A stretch of DNA of 64,000 nucleotides, from contig CAVQSR010000001.1 of assembly GCA_963716055.1 (NCBI GenBank), positions 1,946,855-2,010,854 of the forward strand, in the 5' to 3' direction. The position numbers and the translations under genes are program-made. Below the pieces are notes generated by a model that made no database searches, was not told the DNA's origin, and saw only the letters and a list, made by a program, of their open reading frames with translations. Source of the stretch: an uncultured Gemmatimonadales bacterium. Its GTDB lineage: Bacteria > Gemmatimonadota > Gemmatimonadetes > Gemmatimonadales > GWC2-71-9. Below, one piece after another: positions 55,712-64,000 of this stretch. The stretch's first letter is position 1; each line of letters opens with the position of its first letter.

Positions 55712-57922
55712 TCAGAGGCCGAAGGACGGGCGCGCGACCCGCCCTCCTTGCCACTCCGACGAGATGCCGCCACCGGCCTCGGGATAGTCGATGCGTCCGT
55801 GGTACATGCCCGTCAGCATGCGTCGAAACTCCAGCTTGATCTGCTCGATCTGCTGCAGGGTCAGCGGGGCCTCGTCGAGCTGGCCCGCGGCGAGTTTGGC
55901 GCGCACGATGTGGTCGATGACCTCGCCGATCCGCTCGGGGGTCACGTCGTCGAGGACGCGGAGCGCCGCCTCCACCGAGTCGGCGAGCATCGCGACGGCG
56001 GTTTCGATGGACTGTGGTCGGGGGCCCGGATACCGGTACTGGGCGCTGCGCGCGGTGGCCTCGCCCTGGCGGCGGGCGCGGTCGAGGAAATACGAGATCT
56101 CGGCAGTCCCGTGGTGCTCGGGGATGAACGCGCACACCACGGCGGGGAGCCGGGCCTCCTGCGCGAGGCGCAGGCCGTCGGTCACGTGCGACTTGATGAT
56201 CTCCGCCGAGCGTGCGGCGGGGAGGCGATCGTGGGGGTTCGCGCGGGTCTGATTCTCGGCGAAATACTGGGGATTGCCGAGTTTGCCGACGTCGTGGAAA
56301 TAGCAGCCGACCCGCCCGAGCAGCCCGTTGGCGCCGACCCGGTGGCACGCGGCTTCGACCAGGTTCGCCATCGCGATGCTGTGGGCGTAGGTCCCCGGCG
56401 CTTCGAGCGACAGGCGCCGCAGCAGGGGATGGCTCTGGTCGGACAGCTCGAGCAGGGTGAGATCGGTGGTGATCCGCGTGACGGCTTCCGCCTGCGGGAG
56501 CAGCAGCAGCGCGAGCGAGGCCGAGACGGTTCCGTTGAACACGCCGAGCACGGCGCGCGTCCCGATCGCGGACAGCGACCAGTCCGCCGCGAGTCCGAGC
56601 ACCACGGCGGCGACGAGATACCCCAGACCCACCACCAGCACCGCGAGATACAGATGGCTGCGCCGCCGCAGCGAGCGCACTGACAGTGCTGCGGTCACAC
56701 CGCCCATCACGCAGAAGAACAGCGCCGGCGAGTCGTGAAACACGGTCTGCGACCCGATCACGAACGCCATGATCAACGCGGCGATCATGGACACGCGCCC
56801 GTTGAACAGCACGGTCAGCATCACGGCCGCCAGGGGCAGCGGGATCAGCTCCGGATGCGTGGGCTGCAGGCGCGCGACGGCGGCGGCACCGAGAATCACG
56901 ATGGCGAACAGGACGGCGATCACCCCGACCTGCCGCAGTTGGGAGTACGTCTCGCGACGGTAGAAGAGCAGCAGCACCCAGAAGATGCCGAGGAGCAGCA
57001 CGTCACGCAGGAGCGGTCCCACCAGGCCGCCCATCGAGCGACTCGTCGCGGCCCCGCGCCGGAGCAGTTCGTCGTGCAGGGCGACCAACTGCTCGTGCTG
57101 GTCGCTCGTCACCACCTCGTGCGCCGCGACGATGCGATCGCCCCCGCGCACCAAATACTTGCTCCGGTCCACGCTGCGGCGCAGCTCGTCACGCCGCCGC
57201 TCGCTCTCCACGCGGTTCAGGGCGAGCGTCGGGCGGAAAAAATGCCCGGCGAGTTTGAGGTACGCGGCGTCGCCCGCGCTCGAGTTGCGGTCGGGGTGGA
57301 TCCCCTGCGCCGCGGCCAGGTACTCGCCGTAGGACGGAATCGCCTCCCGGGACAACGCGACTTCGGCACCGCTGCGCCGCACGATCACCTCCGGGGAGTC
57401 CTCCACCTGCAGGGCCCCGGCGGCCGTCACCCCCTGACCCAGCGTCCGCACGAGCAGCGTGTCGAGCGCCCGCGCGAGCGCCGCCCGTCGCGTGTCGTCG
57501 CGCAGGTACGCCGCCTCCCGCGTGGTCAGCATGATGTCGAATTCGCGCGCCGCGCTGATGACGGCCGTGGGACCGCGGGGCGCCGCCGCCGCGACCGCGA
57601 TGAACAGGCCCCGGACCGACGCCGTGGCGCTGTCGTACGCCCGTGGCTGGAACTCGTAGATCGGCCGCGCGGCCCGGGCCAGCTCGTTCGCTTCCTGGGC
57701 GAGGTCCGCATCCGACTTGTTCACCACGAAGCTGAACGGTGCCACGACGTCGCGCGCCGCGACATCGCCGGGCTCGAGCAGCGGCGCGATGTGGGCGTTT
57801 CCCGTGGGGAACGCGACCTGAGCGAGGGCGGCGAGCCCGAGCACCCAGACCCAACGGGCGGCGTGGTACCCCGCACGGCGCCACGCCGGCGGGGGCGGGT
57901 CAGCCCTGGGCGTCTTCGGCAT
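55712..57922 (-). CDS. 7TM-HD membrane phosphohydrolase (PgpH-like HDIG protein)
   Basis: 736 aa. An extracellular N-domain, about 7 TM helices, then the HD domain HSIAMANLVEA...YFHDVGK...EHHGT. Confidence 0.85.
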   Translation of the reverse strand: MPKTPRADPPPPAWRRAGYHAARWVWVLGLAALAQVAFPTGNAHIAPLLEPGDVAARDVVAPFSFVVNKSDADLAQEANELARAARPIYEFQPRAYDSATASVRGLFIAVAAAAPRGPTAVISAAREFDIMLTTREAAYLRDDTRRAALARALDTLLVRTLGQGVTAAGALQVEDSPEVIVRRSGAEVALSREAIPSYGEYLAAAQGIHPDRNSSAGDAAYLKLAGHFFRPTLALNRVESERRRDELRRSVDRSKYLVRGGDRIVAAHEVVTSDQHEQLVALHDELLRRGAATSRSMGGLVGPLLRDVLLLGIFWVLLLFYRRETYSQLRQVGVIAVLFAIVILGAAAVARLQPTHPELIPLPLAAVMLTVLFNGRVSMIAALIMAFVIGSQTVFHDSPALFFCVMGGVTAALSVRSLRRRSHLYLAVLVVGLGYLVAAVVLGLAADWSLSAIGTRAVLGVFNGTVSASLALLLLPQAEAVTRITTDLTLLELSDQSHPLLRRLSLEAPGTYAHSIAMANLVEAACHRVGANGLLGRVGCYFHDVGKLGNPQYFAENQTRANPHDRLPAARSAEIIKSHVTDGLRLAQEARLPAVVCAFIPEHHGTAEISYFLDRARRQGEATARSAQYRYPGPRPQSIETAVAMLADSVEAALRVLDDVTPERIGEVIDHIVRAKLAAGQLDEAPLTLQQIEQIKLEFRRMLTGMYHGRIDYPEAGGGISSEWQGGRVARPSFGL

Positions 57923-58856
57923 ACGCGCGGATGATGTGGCGGACGAGGCCGTGGCGCACCACGTCCCCTTCGTCGAGGTAGCAGAAGCCGATCCCGCCGA
58001 TCCCCGGCAGGATCCGCTCGATGTGCAGCAGCCCGCTCTCCTCGCGGCTCGCCAGATCGATCTGGGTCTTGTCGCCCGTAATCACGGCGCGCGAGTTCAC
58101 GCCGAGGCGGGTGAGGAACATCTTCATCTGCATGCCGGTGGCGTTCTGCGCCTCGTCGAGAATCACGAATGCGTCTCCCAACGTGCGGCCGCGCATGTAC
58201 GCCAGCGGGGCGATCTCGATCGTGCCGCTCTCGATGGCCCGCTGCACGCGGTCGCGCGGCATCATGTCCTCGAGCGCATCGTACAGGGGCCGGAGATAGG
58301 GGTCCACCTTCTGGTAGAGGTCACCCGGGAGAAACCCCAGGCGCTCCCCTGCCTCGACCGCGGGCCGCGCCAGCACGATGCGCCGCACCCGCTTCCGCGT
58401 GAGCGCCTCGACCGCGCACGCCACGGCGAGATACGTCTTGCCGGTGCCCGCCGGCCCGATGCCGACCACGATCTCGTTCTGCAGCATGCACTGCAGGTAC
58501 TCCCGTTGGCCACCGGTCTTCGCCTGGATGACCCGGCGCAGGCCCGGCAGGATGATGCGGGGCTCGCCTTCGGGCGCAGCGCCCAGGGTGCCGTGCGTGG
58601 CATCCCCGATGAGCCGCGCGACGTCGTGCACATCGAGCGTGTCGGTCATGCGGGCGAGGTCGACGAGCGCCCGGGCGACCGGCGCGGCACGCTCCACCGC
58701 CTCCGCCGTCCCCCCGAGCGTCAGTGCGTCGCCCCGCAGCGAGACCCGCACGCCGAGCCGCTGCGCCAACTCGACCAGGTTCGCGTCGTTCACGCCCGCG
58801 AGGGCGAGCGGGTCGGCACCCTCCGCGGACACACGGACGATGAGATCACGGGTCAT
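57900..58856 (-). CDS. phoH: PhoH family ATPase (318 aa)
   Basis: GIGPAGTGKTYLAVA, RIVLARPAVEAGERLGFLPGDL, FVILDEAQN and ITGDKTQIDL. ATG at 58856 overlaps the aspS stop (ATGA). Confidence 0.92.
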   Translation of the reverse strand: MTRDLIVRVSAEGADPLALAGVNDANLVELAQRLGVRVSLRGDALTLGGTAEAVERAAPVARALVDLARMTDTLDVHDVARLIGDATHGTLGAAPEGEPRIILPGLRRVIQAKTGGQREYLQCMLQNEIVVGIGPAGTGKTYLAVACAVEALTRKRVRRIVLARPAVEAGERLGFLPGDLYQKVDPYLRPLYDALEDMMPRDRVQRAIESGTIEIAPLAYMRGRTLGDAFVILDEAQNATGMQMKMFLTRLGVNSRAVITGDKTQIDLASREESGLLHIERILPGIGGIGFCYLDEGDVVRHGLVRHIIRAYAEDAQG

Positions 58857-60619
58857 GGCGTCACACGCAGGTGGAGCGCCGCGAGATCGGCTGGGTCGGC
58901 TGACGCGGGCGCCCCCTCGAACAACGCGCGGGCCGCGGTGGTCTTGGGAAACGCGATCACGTCGCGCAGCGACGGCGCGCCCGCGAGCAACATCGTAACC
59001 CGGTCGAACCCGACCGCGAACCCGCCGTGGGGCGGCGCGCCCGCCGCCAGGGCCCGCAGCAGGAAGCCGAACCGCGTCTCGATCGCCGCGGCATCGAGCC
59101 CGAGCCGCTCGAGCACGGCCCGCTGGAGCGCCGGATCGGTGATACGGATCGATCCCGACCCGAGCTCGTTGCCGTTGTAGACCGCGTCGTAGTGCAGCGC
59201 CCGACAGGCGAACGGGTCCGTGCGCACCCGCGCCACGTCCGCGGGATGCGGCGCCGTGAACGGATGATGCGCAAAGACCGGTTCGCCGGTCTCGGCGTCC
59301 GGCTCGAACAGGGGGAACTCGACGATCCACGCAAACGCGTGCCCCATCCGGGGCGCCGGTGCCAGACGGGTGATCAGCCCCTGCCGCACGCGATCGAGCG
59401 CCGGAGCCGTCACGCGATCCGCACCCACCACCAGCAGCGCGGCGTCGCCGTCGCCCACACCGAGCCCACCCAGGGATTCGGTCGTGAAGTACCGGCCCAG
59501 CGAGCCGCTCACCTCATCTCCCTGGCGCTTCACCCACGCCAGTCCGCCGGCCCCGCTGTGTTTCGCCGCTTCCGTGAGACCATCCACGTCCTTGCGCGAC
59601 AGGATCGCACCGCCGGGCACGGCGATACCGCGAACCCGGGCGCCATTCGTGAGCGCCTGGCGCACGAACGGAATGGCGAGCGCCGCGACCGGACCCGTCC
59701 AGTCGCGGATTTCCAGCCCGTAGCGCAGATCGGGCTTGTCGCTGCCGTAACGCTCCATCGCCTCGCGATAGGTGAGCCGCGGGAACGGGCGCTCGACGCC
59801 CTGCCCCGCCTCCTCCCACAGGTCCGCGAGCACGGCCTCGACGAAGCCGAGCACGTCGTCCTGCGTCACGAAGGACGCTTCCAGATCGATCTGCGTGAAC
59901 TCGGGCTGCCGGTCGTTGCGCTGATCCTCGTCGCGGAAGCACCGCGCGATCTGGAAGTACCGATCGAACCCCGCCACCATGAGCAGCTGCTTGTAGATCT
60001 GGGGTGACTGCGGCAGCGCGTAGAACTCCCCCGGATGCCGGCGCGACGGCACCAGATAGTCGCGCGCGCCCTCGGGCGTCGGCTTCGTGAGAATCGGTGT
60101 CTCGATCTCGAGAAACCCGAGCTCCGACAGCGTGCGCCGCGCCCGCTGCAGCAAGCGATGCCGCAGGGTCAGGTTCGCGAGCATCTCCGGCCGCCGCAGG
60201 TCCAGATGGCGATACCGCAGCCGCAGCTCCTCGGCCGGCAGTTCCTCGCCCTTGCCACGCGCGACCGGAATCGCGGGCACCTCCGCCGGACCCACCACGT
60301 CGAGCGCCGTCGCGCGGACTTCCACCTCCCCGGTCACCATGTCCGGGTTGCGGGCGGCCGCCGGCCGTGCCACCACGTCACCCTGCACCACCAGGACCGA
60401 CTCGGCCCCCAGCTGCCCGGCGCGCTCCACGACCGCCGCCGGCGACCACGCCGGACCCACGGCCACCTGTACCATCCCGGTGCGGTCGCGCAGATCGAGG
60501 AACACGATGCCGCCCAAGTCCCGCCGCCGGTGCACCCATCCACCGAGCCGAACCTGCTGCCCCTCGTGCCCGGCCCGCAACGCCCCACACACGTGCGTCC
60601 GCCAGCCCGTCTCGCTCAC
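58853..60619 (-). CDS. aspS: aspartate--tRNA ligase (588 aa)
   Basis: RTHVCGALR...GWVHRRRDLGGIVFLDLRDRTG, FYALPQSPQIYKQLLM, QIARCFRDEDQRNDRQPEFTQID and GGFAVGFDR. GTG at 60619 follows GGAGG. The upstream part of the track ORF is antisense to the ptsN-like gene. Confidence 0.95.
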   Translation of the reverse strand: MSETGWRTHVCGALRAGHEGQQVRLGGWVHRRRDLGGIVFLDLRDRTGMVQVAVGPAWSPAAVVERAGQLGAESVLVVQGDVVARPAAARNPDMVTGEVEVRATALDVVGPAEVPAIPVARGKGEELPAEELRLRYRHLDLRRPEMLANLTLRHRLLQRARRTLSELGFLEIETPILTKPTPEGARDYLVPSRRHPGEFYALPQSPQIYKQLLMVAGFDRYFQIARCFRDEDQRNDRQPEFTQIDLEASFVTQDDVLGFVEAVLADLWEEAGQGVERPFPRLTYREAMERYGSDKPDLRYGLEIRDWTGPVAALAIPFVRQALTNGARVRGIAVPGGAILSRKDVDGLTEAAKHSGAGGLAWVKRQGDEVSGSLGRYFTTESLGGLGVGDGDAALLVVGADRVTAPALDRVRQGLITRLAPAPRMGHAFAWIVEFPLFEPDAETGEPVFAHHPFTAPHPADVARVRTDPFACRALHYDAVYNGNELGSGSIRITDPALQRAVLERLGLDAAAIETRFGFLLRALAAGAPPHGGFAVGFDRVTMLLAGAPSLRDVIAFPKTTAARALFEGAPASADPADLAALHLRVTP

Positions 60620-60624
60620 GATCG

Positions 60625-61080
60625 CTATCCGACCTCCGCCTCGCTCAGCACCCGGTGAAACTCCGCCGGTGTGCTCGCCGCCAGCAGTCGCTCGCGCACG
60701 GGCACCCGGCGCACCAGGCGCGAGATCCGGCTCAGTACCTTCACGTGATCCCCGGCCGTCGATTCGGGCCCCGCCAGCAGGAAGAACAACCGGACCGGCT
60801 CGCCGTCCACCGTTTCGTACGCCACGGGGGCAGGCGTCGTCCCGGCCACCGTGACCAAATGTCCGAGCGCGGGCGTCCGCCCGTGCGGCACGGCGACCCC
60901 GTACCCGATGCCCGTGGGGAACTCGCGCTCCCGTTGGAGCACGGCACCCAGCACGTCTTCCGCGCTCGCGCCGTTCCCCGCCACGGCCGCCTCCACCAAT
61001 TCGCGCAACACCTCCCCCTTCGTGGTCGACCGCAGGGGGATGCGAATGCGCTCGGGGGTCAACAGCTCGGAGAGTCGCAC
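60625..61080 (-). CDS. ptsN: PTS EIIA(Ntr)-type protein (PtsN-like)
   Basis: 151 aa. LLTPERIRIPLRSTTKGEVLRELV...REREFPTGIGYGVAVPHGR, with the phosphorylatable His in the PHGR context. Confidence 0.78.
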   Translation of the reverse strand: MRLSELLTPERIRIPLRSTTKGEVLRELVEAAVAGNGASAEDVLGAVLQREREFPTGIGYGVAVPHGRTPALGHLVTVAGTTPAPVAYETVDGEPVRLFFLLAGPESTAGDHVKVLSRISRLVRRVPVRERLLAASTPAEFHRVLSEAEVG

Positions 61081-61149
61081 GCCTGGCCAAGTGTCGTAAA
61101 CGATTGAAGATAGTTAACTTGAACCCGACGCGCCACGGCGCCCAACTCC

Positions 61150-62046
61150 ATGCCCTACCGCCATCTCTTGGTCCTGCTGCTCGCCGCAGGTCCGCCGATC
61201 GCCGCGCAGAGCGACCCCGGCGCGGCCCTGTGGCGCGTGGCTGGGCAGACGCTCGCCCGGCCGCCCGCGCTGGCCAACGGCGGCGGCGCGGTGTTCTGGA
61301 ACCCCGCGCAGCCCGCCGGCCCGCGGTTGGCCCTGGGCGTCGAAGCGGTCCAGGGTGCGCCGGAGCTCGGCCTGCGCGGTTTCGTCGGCGCCGCGCGCGT
61401 GACGGCCGGTCGGGTCGGGTCGTTCGCGCTCATCTACGGTCGGATGGAGATCCACGATCTCGTCCGCACCACGACGAGCCCCGCTGCCGAGCCGGGGACG
61501 ATCGCGCACTACACCCAGATGGTGGGCGGGAACTGGGGCCGGACGTTCGGCGCGGTGATGCTCGGCGCCACGGTCGCGCGCCACCACACCCAGCTGGACG
61601 CCGCGAGCAGCGCGCGCTGGACGTTCGACGTGGGCGCAACCGTTCCCGTGGGTTCACGCATACGCGTGGCGGCGGCGACGCATTTCCTGGAGCGGGTGCG
61701 GGCAGGCCATCCGTCGCAGGACATCTATACCGGAGTGCAGATCCTCCTCTGGCACGGGCGCCCGTGGCTCGAGGCGCCCGCGACCACGCTCGTCGCGCGC
61801 TACGGTACGGCGTTCGCTCATGGGTTCGGCGTCGACCATTACCTGGGAGCGGGACTGACCCTGGGGGCCCTGGCCACGGTGGATATCCTGGGGGTATACG
61901 AAGGCGGCTACGCGGCGGGCGGCTGGCAGCCGGTCGCCGGCGTCGCGTTCACCGCGGGCACCTACCGCGTCGCCGTCGCCGCGAATCCCGGGGCGGCCGG
62001 TCTGGGTCCCGCGTTCCGCGTGGGCCTCGAGGCCCGGTTTCCATGA
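61150..62046 (+). CDS. hypothetical secreted / outer-membrane beta-barrel-like protein
   Basis: 298 aa. Signal peptide MPYRHLLVLLLAAGPPIAAQ. An alternating beta-strand-like pattern with a C-terminal ..GLEARFP. I recognise no family. Confidence 0.5.
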   Translation: MPYRHLLVLLLAAGPPIAAQSDPGAALWRVAGQTLARPPALANGGGAVFWNPAQPAGPRLALGVEAVQGAPELGLRGFVGAARVTAGRVGSFALIYGRMEIHDLVRTTTSPAAEPGTIAHYTQMVGGNWGRTFGAVMLGATVARHHTQLDAASSARWTFDVGATVPVGSRIRVAAATHFLERVRAGHPSQDIYTGVQILLWHGRPWLEAPATTLVARYGTAFAHGFGVDHYLGAGLTLGALATVDILGVYEGGYAAGGWQPVAGVAFTAGTYRVAVAANPGAAGLGPAFRVGLEARFP

Positions 62047-63122
62047 CGCCCGGCACCGTGACCGATCTGTTGAGCCTGGCGCCGGCGGCGGCACAGGATG
62101 CGCTGGCCGCCTGGCTCGCCGAGCGCGGCGAGCCTCCCTACCGCGTGCGCCAGCTGGTGCCGCGGTTGTGGCAGCGCCCCGTACCGGCGTGGAGCGCGGT
62201 GACGGATGTGCCGGCGGCGCTCCGCGCCGCGCTCGATGCCGAGCGGCCGCTCGTGCGGCTGGTGCTCGCCGCGCACCAGGTATCCCGCGACGGCACCGAG
62301 AAGTTCCTGTGGCGCCTCGCCGATGGCGAAGCGGTCGAATCGGTACTCATTCCGGAAGGTCGCCGCCGCACGCTCTGCATTTCCTCGCAGGTGGGATGCG
62401 CGCTGGGCTGCGTGTTCTGCGCCACGGGCCGCATGGGGTTCCGGCGTCACCTCACGGCCGCGGAAATCGTTGGGCAGGTCCGCGAGCTGATGCTCCTGGA
62501 TCCGGCTAGAAAACCCACCAACGTGGTCTTCATGGGGATGGGCGAGCCGCTCCACAACTGGGACGCGGTCGACGTCGCGCTCACGATTCTCAACAGCCCG
62601 GACGGGTGCGGTATCGGGGCGCGGCACATCACGATATCCACCGTCGGCCTGCTGCCGGCGCTGGCGCGCCTCGCGGCGCGCCCCGAGCAGTTTCGCCTCG
62701 CCGTTTCGCTCCACGCGCCGACCAGCCCCGCGCGGCTCGCGCTGATGCCGATCGAGAAGAAGTACCCGCTCGCGGACCTCCGCACCGCGCTCAGCGGCTT
62801 CCGCCGCCGGGTCACCCTGGAGTACGTGCTCATCGCGGGACAGAACGACGCGCTCGACGCGGCGGACGCGCTGGCCGTGATCGCGCGCCCCCTGGGAGCG
62901 TTGGTCAATCTGCTCCCGCTCCACCCGGGTGGAGCACCGGGCCTGATGCCCAGCTCGCGCACCCAGATGCAGGCGTTCGCGCAGCGGCTACGCGCGCAGG
63001 GCGTCGAAGCGGTGCTGCGTCGCAGCCGCGGGCTCGACATCAGCGCGGCCTGCGGACAGCTACGGGTGGAACTCGAGGCGCGGGGAAAAATCCGCCCCCA
63101 ACAGCACGCTGACGTCCAGTAG
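62043..63122 (+). CDS. rlmN: 23S rRNA/tRNA (adenine-C2)-methyltransferase RlmN (radical SAM, 359 aa)
   Basis: LCISSQVGCALGCVFCATG (CxxxCxxC), VVFMGMGEPL and ISAACGQL. ATG at 62043 overlaps the upstream stop (ATGA). Confidence 0.92.
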   Translation: MTPGTVTDLLSLAPAAAQDALAAWLAERGEPPYRVRQLVPRLWQRPVPAWSAVTDVPAALRAALDAERPLVRLVLAAHQVSRDGTEKFLWRLADGEAVESVLIPEGRRRTLCISSQVGCALGCVFCATGRMGFRRHLTAAEIVGQVRELMLLDPARKPTNVVFMGMGEPLHNWDAVDVALTILNSPDGCGIGARHITISTVGLLPALARLAARPEQFRLAVSLHAPTSPARLALMPIEKKYPLADLRTALSGFRRRVTLEYVLIAGQNDALDAADALAVIARPLGALVNLLPLHPGGAPGLMPSSRTQMQAFAQRLRAQGVEAVLRRSRGLDISAACGQLRVELEARGKIRPQQHADVQ

Positions 63123-63467
63123 CAGCGCGGCCTCGGGCTCGAGCACGATGCGGCCGACCCCGAGCGCCTGCCGGACGCGCTCGGCCGACGCGCGGTCGCC
63201 GCGCCGCAGCACGATGCGGGTCGAGTCGAGCGGGCTCACACCGGCTGGTGCGTTGCCGAAGTACACCACGTCGATCCCCGATCGTCGCAGCACGCGCGTG
63301 CCCAGCCGAGCGAGCCCGGTCCGCCCGCTCGCATTGAGCACCTCGACGGTGACCGCCGCGCCGCGCTCTCCAGGAATCGGAAAGGCACGCGCGCCGCTGT
63401 GCCCGCCGTCACACGCGGGCACGGTCGCCACGAGAGCGATCAGCAGGGCGAGGGGCGGCGCCCTCAC
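63060..63467 (-). CDS. LytR C-terminal domain-containing lipoprotein-like protein (135 aa)
   Basis: VRAPPLALLIALVATVPAC..., then VTVEVLNASGRTGLARLGTRVLRRSGIDVVYFGNAP...IVLRRG. The GTG overlaps the upstream stop (GTGA). Confidence 0.58.
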   Translation of the reverse strand: MRAPPLALLIALVATVPACDGGHSGARAFPIPGERGAAVTVEVLNASGRTGLARLGTRVLRRSGIDVVYFGNAPAGVSPLDSTRIVLRRGDRASAERVRQALGVGRIVLEPEAALLLDVSVLLGADFSPRLEFHP

Positions 63468-64000
63468 GGCACCGAGCCGGCGCGTGTCGTCGGAGCACCG
63501 CGCGGCGTGACCAGCGCGTTCCAGAACGCCGCCGTCTCGATCGGCAGCTGCCACCCGGACCGCAGACTGCGCTCGATCCGGAGGCGGGCCACCTCGCGCA
63601 GGACCGGGTCGGGATCGCGGGGCACCTGCGCCGCCAGCGCGCGGCGAGCGTCCGCCGCGAAGGCGCGCCCGGGCTCCAGGTAATCCGCGAGGTAGAGCAT
63701 CCGCCCGACTCGGTCCCACCCGGCGTATCCCACCGAGTGAAACCGGACGGCGTCGAGCAGCCCCTGATCGGCTTCGCCATCCGCGGCCGCACGATCCGCC
63801 GCCGCGGGCCCGTGGGCCCGCGGGTCGACCCCGGCGACATCCCGCAGCGCGTCGTGCAACCACGCCGCCCGCGCCCAGCGCGCGTGTTCGGCGGCGGGGA
63901 CGCCGAGTGCGTCCGCCCACTGCGCGAGCAGCGCCACCACCCGCTCGATGTGCGCCCGCCGCTCCGGTGTCACGACGGCCCACGGCGGGAGACCCATCAC
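63464..64000 (-). CDS. HD-domain phosphohydrolase, YqeK-like (start at or near the window end)
   Basis: RRAHIERVVALLAQWA...AAWLHDALRD (H...HD). About 178 aa. The start is GTG 64000 or ATG 63997, so the gene is essentially complete. Confidence 0.6.
   Translation of the reverse strand: MMGLPPWAVVTPERRAHIERVVALLAQWADALGVPAAEHARWARAAWLHDALRDVAGVDPRAHGPAAADRAAADGEADQGLLDAVRFHSVGYAGWDRVGRMLYLADYLEPGRAFAADARRALAAQVPRDPDPVLREVARLRIERSLRSGWQLPIETAAFWNALVTPRGAPTTRAGSVP

Noticed and set aside
61081-61149. AT-richer divergent region (gtaaacgattgaagatagttaacttgaa), inspected for sigma-70 or sigma-54 promoters of the ptsN-like gene and the outer-membrane gene.
   Set aside because: Candidate hexamers (TTGAAG, TAACTT, TATCTT) have the wrong spacing. 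The TGGCC-N5-TGC element is one base short of sigma-54 spacing and overlaps the start codon. No confident promoter call is possible.
63060-63122. 63-nt convergent overlap between the 3' ends of rlmN and the LytR_C-domain gene.
   Set aside because: Both ORFs simply run on to the first stop in GC-rich sequence. The conserved parts of both proteins end before the overlap, and I see no additional signal, so it is most likely incidental.

Overview
Very GC-rich bacterial chromosomal segment. G or C sits at almost every third codon position in the real frames, which produces many long spurious antisense ORFs. The envelope genes are Gram-negative in type: a TonB-plug outer-membrane protein, lipoproteins, and signal peptides ending in ..AQ. 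I cannot assign a taxon without a database search.

I support about 65 protein genes, one tRNA-Leu(CAA), four short tandem-repeat arrays, two hairpin terminators and a few weak regulatory sites. Genes are packed into long co-directional blocks joined by 4-nt NTGA start/stop overlaps.

Content:
- Housekeeping genes: gmk, yicC, pepA, icd, rplU-rpmA, RNase E/G, aspS, phoH-ybeY-CNNM, mgtE, rlmN.
- An ECF sigma / anti-sigma / Spy-like module.
- A TetR-headed phenylacetyl-CoA epoxidase cluster (paaA, paaD-N, paaB, paaC, paaD-C) followed by beta-oxidation genes.
- Secreted M16, M28, S8 and S9 peptidases and amidohydrolases.
- A block with methylmalonyl-CoA mutase, MeaB, a carboxyltransferase and AtuA.

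I found no transposase, integrase, CRISPR array or recognisable defence system.

Most noteworthy observations:
1. A four-helix-bundle (23S-IVS/Avd-type) ORF is bracketed by inverted arrays of TAG-bearing 10-bp repeats. A related 9-bp array family (GACGGACNN) occurs at two other intergenic sites.
2. An eRF1-like protein with DRQ in place of GGQ sits between the two methylmalonyl-CoA mutase subunits.
3. About nine frameshifts cluster within 1.9 kb across three consecutive beta-oxidation genes. Isolated frameshifts also occur in the S8 peptidase and possibly the TetR gene.
4. paaD is split into two genes.
5. Probable CTG and TTG starts occur within NTGA overlaps.

All functional calls come from reading motifs by eye. 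No searches were run.
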